Shown here: in pieces, positions 17,727-28,430 of the stretch
How positions within the stretch are numbered: the first letter of the stretch is position 1
Layout: each line of letters starts with the position of its first letter
DNA from: an uncultured Clostridia bacterium
GTDB taxonomy: Bacteria; Bacillota; Clostridia; Christensenellales; UBA1242
Direction: 5' to 3'
Assembly: GCA_934747255.1 (NCBI GenBank)
Contig: CAKVGH010000005.1
Span: forward strand, 7,273 to 71,272
DNA length: 64,000 bases
Position numbers and translations under genes: made by a program
Notes under the pieces: model-generated
The model's input: the letters and a program-made list of their open reading frames with translations, nothing else
Told to the model about the DNA's origin: nothing
The model's database searches: none

Positions 17727-18815
17727 CTACACTAAAAATTTGTTTATTTCCTTGCTTAATTTTTCGCCTTTACAAACTTGATTAAAGCAAAGATTTTGCA
17801 AAGATTTTATGCTGTCACTATTCATAAACACACTGATGGTTTTAAGTGGCTGATTTAACGCCGACTGCATTTTTACCATTTCGCCAGTTGAAAAAACTGG
17901 TTGATTAGTTGTACTAAACATTCCGTAATCAACAAGCGATAATTGTGTTTTTGACGAGAGTAATTTTTCCACAAACTTTTGCGAAATTTCCTGTTTAACA
18001 TAGTCAGTCGAACAAATACCGATATATTGCAAAAGGTCGGTATAGCCACTTAAATAATGAAAATTTCGGCTAGTCATATTACCTTTATCGATTCTATTTT
18101 GGACCCTGTATAAATCTCGTTGCGTCCCTACTAAACAATCAAAATTTTTGTCCAAGTACTTATCGTAAGCGGTAAAAGAATCAATATCATTACTCCTATC
18201 AAAAACATTTTTTGCTGATATATTATTTAGTCCAAGTGACAATAATGTGCAATTATCCGCATTACCACCAAAGCCAATAGATTGTGAGATTTCTCCATTT
18301 TGTTGACACTCATTCTCACTAATTAAAACATAGCCACCCATCATATACGGCAAAGCGTACTGAATATCATTAAGCCTGCCACCATTTATCAAATCATCTC
18401 TTACAGAATAAGTGCTTTTTAATGGAATAAGACTTTGTATCAATTCATCGCCAACACCAATACCAAACGAAACCAAATCGGGTTTTTGTCCGTTTTTTAA
18501 GTTTAACACTGCCTGTTCTTTTGTCATTGAATATACCATTATAAATGTTCCAGTATAATCTTTTTCAAATTGCAGTGCTTGTCTTTCCAAAAAACTGGTT
18601 CGTGACTTACTTCCGCCTTCAAAAGTATCTATATTCCATAGCTCTAATATGCCCATATATTTTATTTCAATCTCTTTGTTGACCTGTGCCTGACTAATCA
18701 ATAGTTTATTAAAAATAGTTGTTGGGGCAAGTGCCATAAAAACTATAATTAGCCCACTCAACATTGTTTTGAAAATATACTTTATCGTTATCTTTTTATT
18801 TAATTTTAATTTCAT
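17727..18815 (-). CDS. Hypothetical membrane-anchored extracytoplasmic protein
   Basis: N-terminal basic region plus a hydrophobic segment MLSGLIIVFMALAP, then a ~320-aa soluble domain. No family motif recognised and no clear SD. Confidence 0.6.
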   Translation of the reverse strand: MKLKLNKKITIKYIFKTMLSGLIIVFMALAPTTIFNKLLISQAQVNKEIEIKYMGILELWNIDTFEGGSKSRTSFLERQALQFEKDYTGTFIMVYSMTKEQAVLNLKNGQKPDLVSFGIGVGDELIQSLIPLKSTYSVRDDLINGGRLNDIQYALPYMMGGYVLISENECQQNGEISQSIGFGGNADNCTLLSLGLNNISAKNVFDRSNDIDSFTAYDKYLDKNFDCLVGTQRDLYRVQNRIDKGNMTSRNFHYLSGYTDLLQYIGICSTDYVKQEISQKFVEKLLSSKTQLSLVDYGMFSTTNQPVFSTGEMVKMQSALNQPLKTISVFMNSDSIKSLQNLCFNQVCKGEKLSKEINKFLV

Positions 18816-18980
18816 TATAATAAACTATGCTATTGCAAAAAAAATTATGAAAAAAGCAAGGTTAATTACCGCTTGCTTTTTGTTTATCTTAATCTTATCA
18901 TTTTCAATTTTTAAGTAAATATTTTTTGCATTTTATATAACTTTTAGTAAATGTGAATTTCAATTTTATTAAATGACATT

Positions 18981-19727
18981 TTACATATTCAATGTGTTAG
19001 AATCTTCGTTTTGAGATTTATTATTTTGTTTGAGTTTTTTAATATATTCTGCCATTTCTGGTTTGAAGCCAGACAAGTCCATTTCGTCTTCTTTTTTGAC
19101 TTCATTATCTTTGTTTGCATCAACACTTTCTGTCTTAATAACATTTGTTTGATTGCCAATTTGTTTTTGTGTATCAATTTGGTTTTGCTTGATTTTTCTA
19201 TTTTGCAATGTTTCCCAATCTTTGTTCATTAAAGCCGAAACAACTTCATCCCTATTTTCAATTTTGTCTTGTGCTAGGTCCTTTAATGTATCAGCGATTA
19301 ACTGTTTCTTTTCTTCTTTTTGCTTTCTTTCTCTAATTGCATTTGCCTTTTTTACAGTAATAGCAACATCTAAATCGCTCTTTGTAACTCCCTTTACAAC
19401 TACCTTTTCTTCATCGGTTTGCGATAATGTAACTGTTGACGAATATATTCTTTCGCTTTTATACCAATCTAATTTATCAACTAGCCATTCTTCTGTCATG
19501 TTGTTGAGTTCGCTTTTGTCAACTTCCTTTATTTTCAACTCTTTTTTTGGATGTCTTTTTGAATAAATCTTATTATATAATTTAACAGCACCTGTTGCAA
19601 CTGAAAACATACCTGCAATTGCTAGAGGTATAGCCATTGAAGGACAAACCAAAATCCAAATCAAATCAAAAAAGCCTAATACATAAAATAGTGCTATTCC
19701 ATTCCAACCATCAAAAAATTTTCCCAT
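18981..19727 (-). CDS. Hypothetical membrane protein (two N-terminal TM segments, charged coiled C-terminal half)
   Basis: GIALFYVLGFFDLIWILVCPSMAIPLAIAGMFSVATGAV is followed by a K/E/Q-rich region. SD AAGGGGAA. Confidence 0.6.
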   Translation of the reverse strand: MGKFFDGWNGIALFYVLGFFDLIWILVCPSMAIPLAIAGMFSVATGAVKLYNKIYSKRHPKKELKIKEVDKSELNNMTEEWLVDKLDWYKSERIYSSTVTLSQTDEEKVVVKGVTKSDLDVAITVKKANAIRERKQKEEKKQLIADTLKDLAQDKIENRDEVVSALMNKDWETLQNRKIKQNQIDTQKQIGNQTNVIKTESVDANKDNEVKKEDEMDLSGFKPEMAEYIKKLKQNNKSQNEDSNTLNM

Positions 19728-19936
19728 ATCATTCCCCTTTATTTAATGTCGCAAAAATACTATCATACAAAGGTTTCATTGTCAATACCCCATTAAAAAA
19801 ATAAAGTATAATTCTTGATTATATCAAGCATAAATTTTTTTAATATCATTGAGTGAATTTATACAAAAACCAAGTTTATAACAAATCAAATTTTGACATT
19901 AAAAAATAGCTTTTTTGTAAAGACTATTTTTTTATT

Positions 19937-21745
19937 TTAACTATTTAGTTTTTGTTTAACTGCATTAACAACATCTTGTGGGATATGCGTTTTTTGAGCA
20001 ATTTCGTTTACACTTGCATTTTTGATATTTTCCACACTTCCAAAAGTTTTAAGAAGCAATTTTTTTCGTTTTTCGCCAAGTCCTTTTATACCGTCAAGTT
20101 CGCTAACAAGCATTGATTTTGCTCTTTTTGACCTATGAAAAGTAATTGCAAAGCGGTGTGCTTCATCTCGAATTCTTTGAAGCAGTTGCAATGCCAAATC
20201 GGTTCGTTTAAGCACAATTGGTTCTTGACTATGTGGTACAAAAACTTCTTCTTCTCGCTTGGCAAGAGATACAATATCTATATTCAAATTGTGTTGCTGT
20301 AAAACCTGCACAGTGCTTGATAATTGCCCCTTTCCGCCGTCAATCACTATAAGGTTTGGCACTTGGCTAAAACTCGTATCAGTGCCGTTTAATTCTTTAA
20401 TACGGCGTGATAATGTTTCGTAAAGCGAAGCAAAATCGTCATTGCCGTGCACTTGCTTGATGATAAATTTTCGGTAACTAGATTTTTCTGGCTCACCATT
20501 CTTGAAAACTACCATACTCGCCACTTTGTTTGTTCCACTAATGTGACTTATATCATAACACTCCATTCGGTAAGGCACAGATTTTAGACCCAGCACTTGC
20601 TGTAATCTTTCGCATGCCAAAATAGTTCGCTTGGATTTGTTTTGTTCCTTTGATAATGATTTTTGCAAATACTCTTTTGCATTCTGCTTGGCAATATCAA
20701 TGAGTTTTTTCTTGTTACCTTTTTGAGCCACAACAAATTTTACATTCTTTTCAAATTTTTCAGTCAGCCATTTTTCGCAGTTAGTTTTAGATGAAAAGTC
20801 GCTTTCGATAACGATATTAGATGGTGCTATACGATTGAAGGAATAATATTGCATTAAAAATTGAGATAAAATGTCGGCATCATCTGGTTGCATTAAAAGA
20901 TTAAAGTTTTCCGTTCCAAGCATTTTTCCGTTTCGTATGATAATCACAGATACGCAGGCATTTAATCCGTCATTATATAAGCCAATGACATCTAAATTTT
21001 CGTGATGTGTAAATTGCGTCAAGTATCTTTCTTTTAACCTTTTTAGAGCCTTTAACTGCTCCCTAATTTTTATTGCAAGTTCAAAGTTTAAGTTCTCACT
21101 TGCCTGCTCCATTTTGACTTTTAATAGGACTTCAACTTCCTTTGTATCGCCATTCAAAAACTCTATTGCTTTTAGCACTCGCTGTTTGTATTCTTCTTTT
21201 GTTATCTTAAAAATACACGGAGCAGTACATAAGCCCATATCGTAATTGATACATGCTCTTTCCAGTCCCTTTTTTGCGGTAAAAACTGTTTTGCAAGTTT
21301 TAAGTCCAAAAGCAAAATTTACTATATCAAGAATTTGGTATACACTCACTCCTGCAAAATATGGACCAAAATATTTTACATTCTTTTTATTTAATTTTCG
21401 GGTTACTTCAAAAATAGGAAAATCATCTTTCAAATTGACAAATATATATGGAAAATTTTTATCGTCCTTTAACAAAATATTGTAATATGGCTTATATTTT
21501 TTAATTAAGTTGTTTTCAAGTATCAAACAATCATATTCGGTTTTTGTAACGATATAATCAAAATCGTTGATGTTTTTTACCAAATTTTCGGTCTTAATGT
21601 TTTTTTGCGTGCGATTAAAATACGAATTTACTCTGCGCTTTAAGTTTTTCGCTTTGCCGACATAAATAACATTGCCCGATTTGTCTTTCATTATATAACA
21701 ACCACTTTGTTGTGGAAGTGATAACAACTTTTCTTTTAACTCCAT
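19937..21745 (-). CDS. uvrC: Excinuclease ABC subunit C
   Basis: GIY-YIG N-terminus SGCYIMKDKSGNVIYVGKAKNLKRRV plus UvrC homology and C-terminal HhH regions. Start trimmed to ATG 21745. Confidence 0.93.
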   Translation of the reverse strand: MELKEKLLSLPQQSGCYIMKDKSGNVIYVGKAKNLKRRVNSYFNRTQKNIKTENLVKNINDFDYIVTKTEYDCLILENNLIKKYKPYYNILLKDDKNFPYIFVNLKDDFPIFEVTRKLNKKNVKYFGPYFAGVSVYQILDIVNFAFGLKTCKTVFTAKKGLERACINYDMGLCTAPCIFKITKEEYKQRVLKAIEFLNGDTKEVEVLLKVKMEQASENLNFELAIKIREQLKALKRLKERYLTQFTHHENLDVIGLYNDGLNACVSVIIIRNGKMLGTENFNLLMQPDDADILSQFLMQYYSFNRIAPSNIVIESDFSSKTNCEKWLTEKFEKNVKFVVAQKGNKKKLIDIAKQNAKEYLQKSLSKEQNKSKRTILACERLQQVLGLKSVPYRMECYDISHISGTNKVASMVVFKNGEPEKSSYRKFIIKQVHGNDDFASLYETLSRRIKELNGTDTSFSQVPNLIVIDGGKGQLSSTVQVLQQHNLNIDIVSLAKREEEVFVPHSQEPIVLKRTDLALQLLQRIRDEAHRFAITFHRSKRAKSMLVSELDGIKGLGEKRKKLLLKTFGSVENIKNASVNEIAQKTHIPQDVVNAVKQKLNS

Positions 21746-21751
21746 ATTTTT

Positions 21752-21760
21752 ATTATACCA
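21752..21760 (-). promoter_or_regulatory. Extended -10 TGgTATAAT, 6 nt upstream of the uvrC ATG (leaderless geometry)
   Basis: Minus strand reads TGgTATAAT-aaaaat-ATG. No SD. Confidence 0.55.
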
Positions 21761-22261
21761 CTTTACAAGGTTTTTAGAAAAAATAATAACATAGTTTTTA
21801 ATCTTTATATGATGTAGTTTTATTCTTATAGCAAATAACAATAGTTTTATTTGTTTTTACAAAATTGCTTTTTCTAAGTCAGCAATTTGATTATCATACC
21901 TATACAAAAACTTTTCTATCATTTTGTTTGTTATATGTTGAAAGAATTTTAATTCAAAAAATTTAATAAAAAAAGAACTTTTGTATTTTCAGTTCCTTTT
22001 TTATATATTTTTGAGTATTTAACTATTTTTTTATAAAAAACTACATTTTGAACTTATCTATAATATAAATCTAAAATTGCGAACTTACATAGACAAATTA
22101 TATATCGCCCAATTTATTCAAATTTGGTTTACCACAGTTAAATTTTTAGATATTTCACAGATAAATATTTTAGCCACTATTTTTTGCCACTAGTTGTATT
22201 TTTTTATAAATAGGTTTTGCTATAAAATAGCAGTGCAACAAAATTTACAATTAAAATAAAT

Positions 22262-23689
22262 TTATTTTACGCCTGCAATTTTTGATTTTTTTCTTGCAGA
22301 ATTGCTTTTTTGTAAATTTTTTTCTAATTTTTGCTGTTTTTTTACGATTTTTTCTTTGTTTTTCAAAACTTTTTTCTTCATTCTCGCATATTGTTCAACT
22401 TTGCGTTTTGTCTTTCGTGTTTCAACTTTACGCTTTGCACTAATCTTTTTTGTACTTAACTTACGAACTTTGGCAAACTCTTTTAACTTTTCAAAATGTC
22501 CAGTTTTATATTTTTCAATTACTTCTAAATAGTCATTGTAAATCTTCTCAACTGCATCGTCCCAAGATACATAAAGATTTGTAAATGCCCCATTACTTAT
22601 TCTTTCATACTCGTCATTATCGCTAAAAATATCAATAATTTTGTTAGCATATTTAGTCGAGTCATTTTCGCTAAAATAAGCATCTACATTCTCGGTACAA
22701 GTTCCGCTTGTGACTGCTCCACGCAAAAACAAAGTTGGTGTTTTTTGAGATGCCGCTTCTATTTGAACAAGTGAACTGCAATCATATAATGAAGGGAATA
22801 CAAATAAGTCGGCAAGATTGTAGTAAGTTGTTATCAACTTTCTGTCCATTATTTTACCAGCAAAGATTACTTTATCATCTAGTTCCAATTCAGTAATGTA
22901 TTTTTTCAAATCTGCTTCGTCAGGACCTGTTCCTACAAATATCATTTTGAAAGCAAAATTTTTGTCCTTTAACACTTTTAACGCATCAGCGATAAAGAAA
23001 ATATTTTTTAGAATATTTAGTCTACCTACAAATAACAACACCTTTTCATTATCTTTAATACCTAGTTGGTTTCTTAAATCAAGTACTGCTTGCTTGTCAT
23101 CAAGATATTGCATTTCTGTACCATTATTCTTGACTTTTGGCATTATTTTTAATTTATATTCATTATGATATAATTTGGCAACTTCCTTGTTCACTGCCCA
23201 ACACTCATCACATTTTTCAAATGTTGGCATAATGTTACCCATTGCAATCGCAGTTAAAACATCACTCTTTGTAGCCTCAAAAAAGTCCTTTTTGAATTGG
23301 CTATGACAAGTAGCCACAACTGGTATTTTGTGTTTTTTTGCGTACTTTACACCAATCTTGCCAATCGAAAAAGGCGAGTGAATATGAACTATGTCTAAAT
23401 TGCTGTTTTTTATTTCGTCCATAAAATCTGGGTCGAGTTCAGGAAGTGGCAAGTCATAGTCAAGTCCCGGACACTTAAAACGCTTGTTACATCTAACCAC
23501 TTTGTATGGGAAATTATCAACATAATCACCCCTGCCTTGTGGCACAAAAACAGTGACATTTGCATATTTTATTAGTCTTTTAGCGTAGTTATCAATAACA
23601 TTTATAACGCCATCTACCATTGGAAAAAACGAGTCACAGAATATTCCAATGTTGATTTTTTTTTCATTTTTATTTTCATTCGTTTCCAT
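22262..23689 (-). CDS. Family 4 (GT-B) glycosyltransferase with a ~90-aa lysine-rich C-terminal tail
   Basis: The N-terminus INIGIFCDSFFPMVDGV is typical of diacylglycerol-type GT4 enzymes, and the E(x7)E region is present. The tail reads KVRKLSTKKISAKRKVETRKTKRKV...KKQQKLEKNLQKSNSARKKSKIAGVK. Confidence 0.8.
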   Translation of the reverse strand: METNENKNEKKINIGIFCDSFFPMVDGVINVIDNYAKRLIKYANVTVFVPQGRGDYVDNFPYKVVRCNKRFKCPGLDYDLPLPELDPDFMDEIKNSNLDIVHIHSPFSIGKIGVKYAKKHKIPVVATCHSQFKKDFFEATKSDVLTAIAMGNIMPTFEKCDECWAVNKEVAKLYHNEYKLKIMPKVKNNGTEMQYLDDKQAVLDLRNQLGIKDNEKVLLFVGRLNILKNIFFIADALKVLKDKNFAFKMIFVGTGPDEADLKKYITELELDDKVIFAGKIMDRKLITTYYNLADLFVFPSLYDCSSLVQIEAASQKTPTLFLRGAVTSGTCTENVDAYFSENDSTKYANKIIDIFSDNDEYERISNGAFTNLYVSWDDAVEKIYNDYLEVIEKYKTGHFEKLKEFAKVRKLSTKKISAKRKVETRKTKRKVEQYARMKKKVLKNKEKIVKKQQKLEKNLQKSNSARKKSKIAGVK

Positions 23690-23695
23690 ACAAAT

Positions 23696-23724
23696 ATTAT
23701 ATCAAATTTAATTACACTTGTAAA
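23696..23724 (-). promoter_or_regulatory. Promoter TTTACA-17(TGa)-TATAAT, 6 nt upstream of the GT4 ATG (leaderless geometry)
   Basis: Minus strand reads TTTACA (23724..23719), a 17-nt spacer ending in tga, TATAAT (23701..23696), atttgt, then ATG. No SD. Confidence 0.6.
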
Positions 23725-24021
23725 TACTTAAAACAACAAATTACACTACTTTTTACAAATGGCAAATTTTATAAATTTTTTAGTTAATTTTCGCAGTTCT
23801 TTAACAAATTTATGTTAATTTTGAAAATTATTTTATTAGGCTTTTATTTTTATGATAATTACAAGTTTTACAAACAAATTTGTGCTTAAAAATTATATAA
23901 TTGACTTTTTTGTTAATTCTCTATATACTATTTTTATAGTTAAATATAGCAAATCTATCCATTACTCAAATTGATATGACTGCAATAAAAAAGATATTTA
24001 ATACATAAAAAAGGAGTACTT

Positions 24022-25188
24022 ATGAATAAAAAACTCAACATTGCAATTTTCTCCGACAACTTTTTACCGGGAGTTGGTGGAATGGAAAATGCAGTTTGCC
24101 ACCTTGCAACAACATTTACAAATTTAGGACACAATGTTTTGGTAGTTGTTCCACATTACAACAAGAAAAAGGAAGCAGATAACTACCCTTTCAAAGTTTT
24201 TAGGAAAACAAGTTTTAGAGTTGACTCAAACAACTATTGTGCTTATCCAAATTTTAGCAAAAAACTAAAAAAAGCTTTGCAAGAATTTAAGCCAGATATT
24301 ATTCACTGCCATTCACAAGCAAGTTTACTTACACTAGCACTTAAAGCATCAAAAAAATTCAATATTCCTTGCGTTTGCACTATTCACACTAAATATAGTT
24401 TTTGCTATAAAAATGCCGTACATCTAAACTGCATAGTAAAACCAATGTTAAAAGCAATTGGCAGAAAACTAAAAAAAGTTGATTTAGTAACTTCTGTTTC
24501 TTATGGTATGGCAACGGAATTTGACTTGTACAACTATCACGGCAAATTTGAAGTTATTAAAAATGGTGCTACTTTCCAAAAACTAACTGACCCACAATTA
24601 AAAACTTATGCTCAAAGCAAATTTAATCTAAACGATAACGAAAATATTTTACTTTTCGTTGGACATATATCAAAAATCAAGAATGTTCAATTTATCTTTG
24701 CTAGTTTGGACGAACTATACAAATTAAATAAGGAATTCAAAATGGTATTTGCTGGTTCTGGTGATGGTGACGACTATTTCAAAAAAATTGCGAGTTCTAA
24801 ACCATATAAAGACAATGTGTTATTTACAGGTAAAATTACAGATAAAAAAATATTGCAGTCTGTTTATGCCAACTCTAAAATTTACTTGTTCCCTTCAATC
24901 TTTGACACAGATGGATTGACGATTGTAGAAGCGGCTACTTACTCTGTTCCTAGCATTACTATAACTGGTACAGGTGCTAGCGAAAGAATTACAAATGACC
25001 AAAATGGCTTTACAATAGAAGATAATCCATTAAAAATGGCTGAAAAAATAGATTTTTTACTAAAAAATCCAGAATTTTTAAGCAAAATTGGAAAAAATGC
25101 TAGCCAGCAACTACCTAAAACTTGGGAGCAAGTATCAAATGAATATTTGAATTTGTATTACAAAACTATTGATACTTACAACAAGTAA
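24022..25188 (+). CDS. Family 4 (GT-B) glycosyltransferase
   Basis: LNIAIFSDNFLPGVGGMENAV N-terminus and the FPSIFDTDGLTIVEAAT EX7E region. SD AAGGAG. Confidence 0.85.
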   Translation: MNKKLNIAIFSDNFLPGVGGMENAVCHLATTFTNLGHNVLVVVPHYNKKKEADNYPFKVFRKTSFRVDSNNYCAYPNFSKKLKKALQEFKPDIIHCHSQASLLTLALKASKKFNIPCVCTIHTKYSFCYKNAVHLNCIVKPMLKAIGRKLKKVDLVTSVSYGMATEFDLYNYHGKFEVIKNGATFQKLTDPQLKTYAQSKFNLNDNENILLFVGHISKIKNVQFIFASLDELYKLNKEFKMVFAGSGDGDDYFKKIASSKPYKDNVLFTGKITDKKILQSVYANSKIYLFPSIFDTDGLTIVEAATYSVPSITITGTGASERITNDQNGFTIEDNPLKMAEKIDFLLKNPEFLSKIGKNASQQLPKTWEQVSNEYLNLYYKTIDTYNK

Positions 25189-25278
25189 TTTTATTTTACT
25201 TAAAGATAATATTAACCACTAAATTTCATATTTTTTATGATAAATTAAATAAAAAATGAAAAATATTAAACAAAAAAC

Positions 25279-25310
25279 AAAAAAATCTCTTGAATTTAAG
25301 AGATTTTTTT
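25279..25310. terminator. Bidirectional terminator between the GT4 gene and rplQ
   Basis: aaaaatctctt (25281..25291) pairs with aagagattttt (25298..25308) around a 6-nt loop. Confidence 0.75.
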
Positions 25311-25335
25311 ATATTTATTTCTAAAAACTAATCAA

Positions 25336-25848
25336 TTAGATAAGTTGAAGAACTGCTACTTGTGCATTGTCACCACGGCGTGCGCCAAGTTTAACAAGTC
25401 TAATGTAGCCACCTTTTTGTCCAAGTTCTTCGGCTCTCTTTGCATACTTTGGAGCATACACATTGAAAATCTTTTCAATAAGTGGGTGTTTAACATCTTG
25501 TGTACGCTTAACAAAATCTGCCTTTGCTTCCTTTGGTGCGCGTTGTTCTTGCAAGTCGTAAAGTTTACCTTCAAGTTTTCTTCTTGCAGCAAGTTTTTTT
25601 GGACCATCGTTCAAAACTTCTTGTTTTGCTTTTGTTCCCTTGCTTGTTACAACTTCTTTTTCTACTTTAACAACATCTTCGTAAGAGTTAATAGCAAGAG
25701 TCAAAAGTTTTTCTGCATAACTTTTTACTGCTTTTGCTCTTTCAAGAGTAGTTTCTAGTTTTCCGTACCAAAGAAGATTAGATGCTTGATTTCTTAAAAT
25801 TGCCAATCTTTCGTCTGTTGGTCTATTTAATTTCTTAATCTGTGCCAT
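25336..25848 (-). CDS. rplQ: 50S ribosomal protein L17 (long form, ~45-aa internal expansion)
   Basis: N-terminal LNRPTDERLAILRNQASNLLWYGKLETTLERAK and C-terminal GGYIRLVKLGARRGDNAQVAVLQL are L17 blocks. It is the last gene of the alpha operon. Confidence 0.9.
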   Translation of the reverse strand: MAQIKKLNRPTDERLAILRNQASNLLWYGKLETTLERAKAVKSYAEKLLTLAINSYEDVVKVEKEVVTSKGTKAKQEVLNDGPKKLAARRKLEGKLYDLQEQRAPKEAKADFVKRTQDVKHPLIEKIFNVYAPKYAKRAEELGQKGGYIRLVKLGARRGDNAQVAVLQLI

Positions 25849-25862
25849 TTTCTATTCTCCTT

Positions 25863-26813
25863 TTATTCTTCGTCAACTCTAAGGCTAAAACCAAAATCTT
25901 CAAGTTTTTTGATAACTTCTTCAAGTGATTTCAAACCAAGGTTTCGTACTTTAAGCATATCGTCTTTGCTTCTCTTTGTTAAATCTTCAACCGTATTTAT
26001 TCCTGCTCTCTTCAAACAGTTGTAAGAACGAACTGAAAGTTCCATATCTTCAATAGTCATTTCGAGTGCTTTTTGTTGTTTATCTTCTTCACGAGTTGTT
26101 AAAATATTAACATTTTTCATATTATCAACAAGGTCAACAAATAGTTGTGTGTGGTCTTGAATGATTTTTGCTGACAAACTTACTACTTCTCTTGCTGAGA
26201 GTGTACCATTGGTTTCCACTTCAAGGATAAGTTTGTCGTAGTCCATTTTTTGTCCTACACGAGCACCTTCAATTGAATAGTTAACTTTTTTAACTGGTGT
26301 ATAAATGCTATCAACAGCAATATAACCAATAGGTTGAGATTCGTCCTTGTTATCGTCAGCAGGAACATAGCCTCTGCCACGACCAACAATAATTTCCATT
26401 TCAAATGGAACATCTTCCATTGTACAAATATGAAGATCTGGATTCAAGATTTCTACTTGATCATTTGGTTCAATATCACTAGCCTTAACTTCGCCAGCAG
26501 TATTTCTGTTAATTCTCAAAGTAGTTTTGAAATCTTTGTCCAAACTGCTTGTTTTAACAGCCAAACTCTTAATGTTAAGAACAATGTCGATTACATCTTC
26601 CATAACACCTTTTACTGTTGAAAATTCGTGTTCAACACCAGCAATTCTAATTGCTATTGGAGCTGCGCCTGGTAGAGCGCCTAAAAGTGTTCTTCTCAAA
26701 GCGTTACCGATAGTCAATCCATAGCCTCTTTCAAGTGGTTCAACTACGAATTTTGCATAAGTGCCATTTTCGTTTTCTTCACAAGTAATTCTTGGTTTTT
26801 CGATTTCCATCAT
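25863..26813 (-). CDS. rpoA: DNA-directed RNA polymerase alpha subunit
   Basis: GYGLTIGNALRRTLL and the C-terminal domain ELSVRSYNCLKRAGINTVEDL. Confidence 0.95.
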   Translation of the reverse strand: MMEIEKPRITCEENENGTYAKFVVEPLERGYGLTIGNALRRTLLGALPGAAPIAIRIAGVEHEFSTVKGVMEDVIDIVLNIKSLAVKTSSLDKDFKTTLRINRNTAGEVKASDIEPNDQVEILNPDLHICTMEDVPFEMEIIVGRGRGYVPADDNKDESQPIGYIAVDSIYTPVKKVNYSIEGARVGQKMDYDKLILEVETNGTLSAREVVSLSAKIIQDHTQLFVDLVDNMKNVNILTTREEDKQQKALEMTIEDMELSVRSYNCLKRAGINTVEDLTKRSKDDMLKVRNLGLKSLEEVIKKLEDFGFSLRVDEE

Positions 26814-26837
26814 TTTTTTAATCCTCCAATTTACTTA

Positions 26838-27464
26838 TTATCTTGAATATAATTCGACAATCAAGTGTTCTTTAATGTTCAAGTCAATATCTTCTCTTTG
26901 TGGGTTAGCAACAACTTTACCTGAAAGTTCTGCTGGGTTAAATTCCAACCATTTTGGAACAACAATTTTAAGGTCTTTGAGTTCTTTGAATAGGTCAAGG
27001 TCCCTTTTGTTTTCCTTAACTGCGATAACATCGCCAATCTTTACTTGGTAAGATGGAATATTAACTTTTTTGCCATTTACGGTTAAAAGTCCGTGGTTAA
27101 CAATTTGTCTTGCTTGTGCTCTTGAAGAACCAAATCCCAAACGATAAGCAACATTATCAAGTCTTCTTTCTAGTAATGAAAGCATAACTTCACCTGTCTT
27201 ACCCTTTGTTCTTTCAGCCATTTCGTAATAGCCTCTAAATTGTTTTTCAAGAAGGCCATAAGCCCTTTTTGCTTTTTGTTTTTCTCTTAATTGCAAGCCG
27301 TATTCTGAAACTTTCTTTCTTGCATTTTCTGCACCGTGAATACCAGGTGCTTGTGGACGGCGTTCAAAAGCGCACTTTTTAGTTAAGCATCTATCGCCCT
27401 TCAAGAACAACTTGCAACCTTCTCTTCTACATAAACGACAATCTGCGTCTGTATACTTTGCCAT
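26838..27464 (-). CDS. rpsD: 30S ribosomal protein S4
   Basis: [26 protein letters not shown]... plus the S4 domain. Position is between rpsK and rpoA. Confidence 0.95.
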   Translation of the reverse strand: MAKYTDADCRLCRREGCKLFLKGDRCLTKKCAFERRPQAPGIHGAENARKKVSEYGLQLREKQKAKRAYGLLEKQFRGYYEMAERTKGKTGEVMLSLLERRLDNVAYRLGFGSSRAQARQIVNHGLLTVNGKKVNIPSYQVKIGDVIAVKENKRDLDLFKELKDLKIVVPKWLEFNPAELSGKVVANPQREDIDLNIKEHLIVELYSR

Positions 27465-27481
27465 AATTTACTCCTTATAAA

Positions 27482-27868
27482 CTAAATTCTTCTTCTTTTT
27501 GGTGGTCTGCAACCATTGTGTGGGATTGGTGATACATCTTGAATTAAAGTGATGTTTAATTCTGCTGTTTGAAGTGCTCTAATAGCGGCTTCTCTACCAT
27601 TACCTGGTCCCTTTACATAAACTTCAACACTGTTGATACCCATTTCTTTTGCGGCTTTTCCAGCGATTTCTGCTGCTTGTCCTGCTGCAAATGGAGTATT
27701 TTTTCTTGAACCTCTAAATCCAAGTTTACCAGCACTGCACCAACTAACTGCGTTTCCTGCTTCGTCAGTGATAGTTACAACAGTATTATTGTTAGATGAG
27801 TGAATGTGAGCCATACCCTTATCTAAATTTTTTGTAACTTTTTTCTTTTTTCTTTTAACTTCTGCCAT
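27482..27868 (-). CDS. rpsK: 30S ribosomal protein S11
   Basis: [22 protein letters not shown]...[13 protein letters not shown]. Confidence 0.95.
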   Translation of the reverse strand: MAEVKRKKKKVTKNLDKGMAHIHSSNNNTVVTITDEAGNAVSWCSAGKLGFRGSRKNTPFAAGQAAEIAGKAAKEMGINSVEVYVKGPGNGREAAIRALQTAELNITLIQDVSPIPHNGCRPPKRRRI

Positions 27869-27891
27869 TTTACAATTTATCTCCTATTATA

Positions 27892-28257
27892 TTACTTTTT
27901 CGCAGCGCGTTTTTTAGCAATACCTTTTGCAGTATGAGCATTACATCTTGTGCTTTGTCCTCTGCAAGGTAGATTTTTTCTGTGTCTAATTCCTCTGTAA
28001 CAGTTAATTTCTGTTAATCTTTTGATGTTCATTGCGACATCACGCTTTAAGTCACCTTCAACTGTAACGTGTTTGTCGATATAGTCTCTTATTTTTGCTG
28101 CATCGTCTTCTGATAAGTCTTTAACTCTAATATCTGGACTGATGCCTGTTGCCTTTAAGATTTCTCTTGATTTGTTGATACCAATGCCGTAAACATAAGT
28201 TAAACCAACTTCAAGTCTTTTGTCCTTTGGCAAATCAATTCCTGCAATACGAGCCAT
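27892..28257 (-). CDS. rpsM: 30S ribosomal protein S13
   Basis: [26 protein letters not shown]. Start trimmed to ATG 28257 (SD GGAGGAAA). Confidence 0.95.
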   Translation of the reverse strand: MARIAGIDLPKDKRLEVGLTYVYGIGINKSREILKATGISPDIRVKDLSEDDAAKIRDYIDKHVTVEGDLKRDVAMNIKRLTEINCYRGIRHRKNLPCRGQSTRCNAHTAKGIAKKRAAKK

Positions 28258-28295
28258 AATTTTCCTCCAAATAAATTTTAATAAATATATATTCA

Positions 28296-28430
28296 ACAAT
28301 AGGTAACATTTCTGTCAGCCGCCCTATCGTGTAATTTTTTATACAAGATTTAAAACTTGATTTTCTATGTCCATATATAAAAGTGTGGAAACCATTATAC
28401 TTTCTATAATAGTCTTATATATGGGCATAG
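28296..28430 (-). promoter_or_regulatory. Structured RNA region in the unusually long rpmJ-rpsM spacer (candidate alpha-operon leader)
   Basis: The arms ctatgtccatatataa (28365..28380) and ttatatatgggcatag (28415..28430) pair at 15 of 16 positions. A second hairpin pairs acaatagg (28296..28303) with cctatcgt (28323..28330), 8 bp including one GU on the minus strand. Confidence 0.4.
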
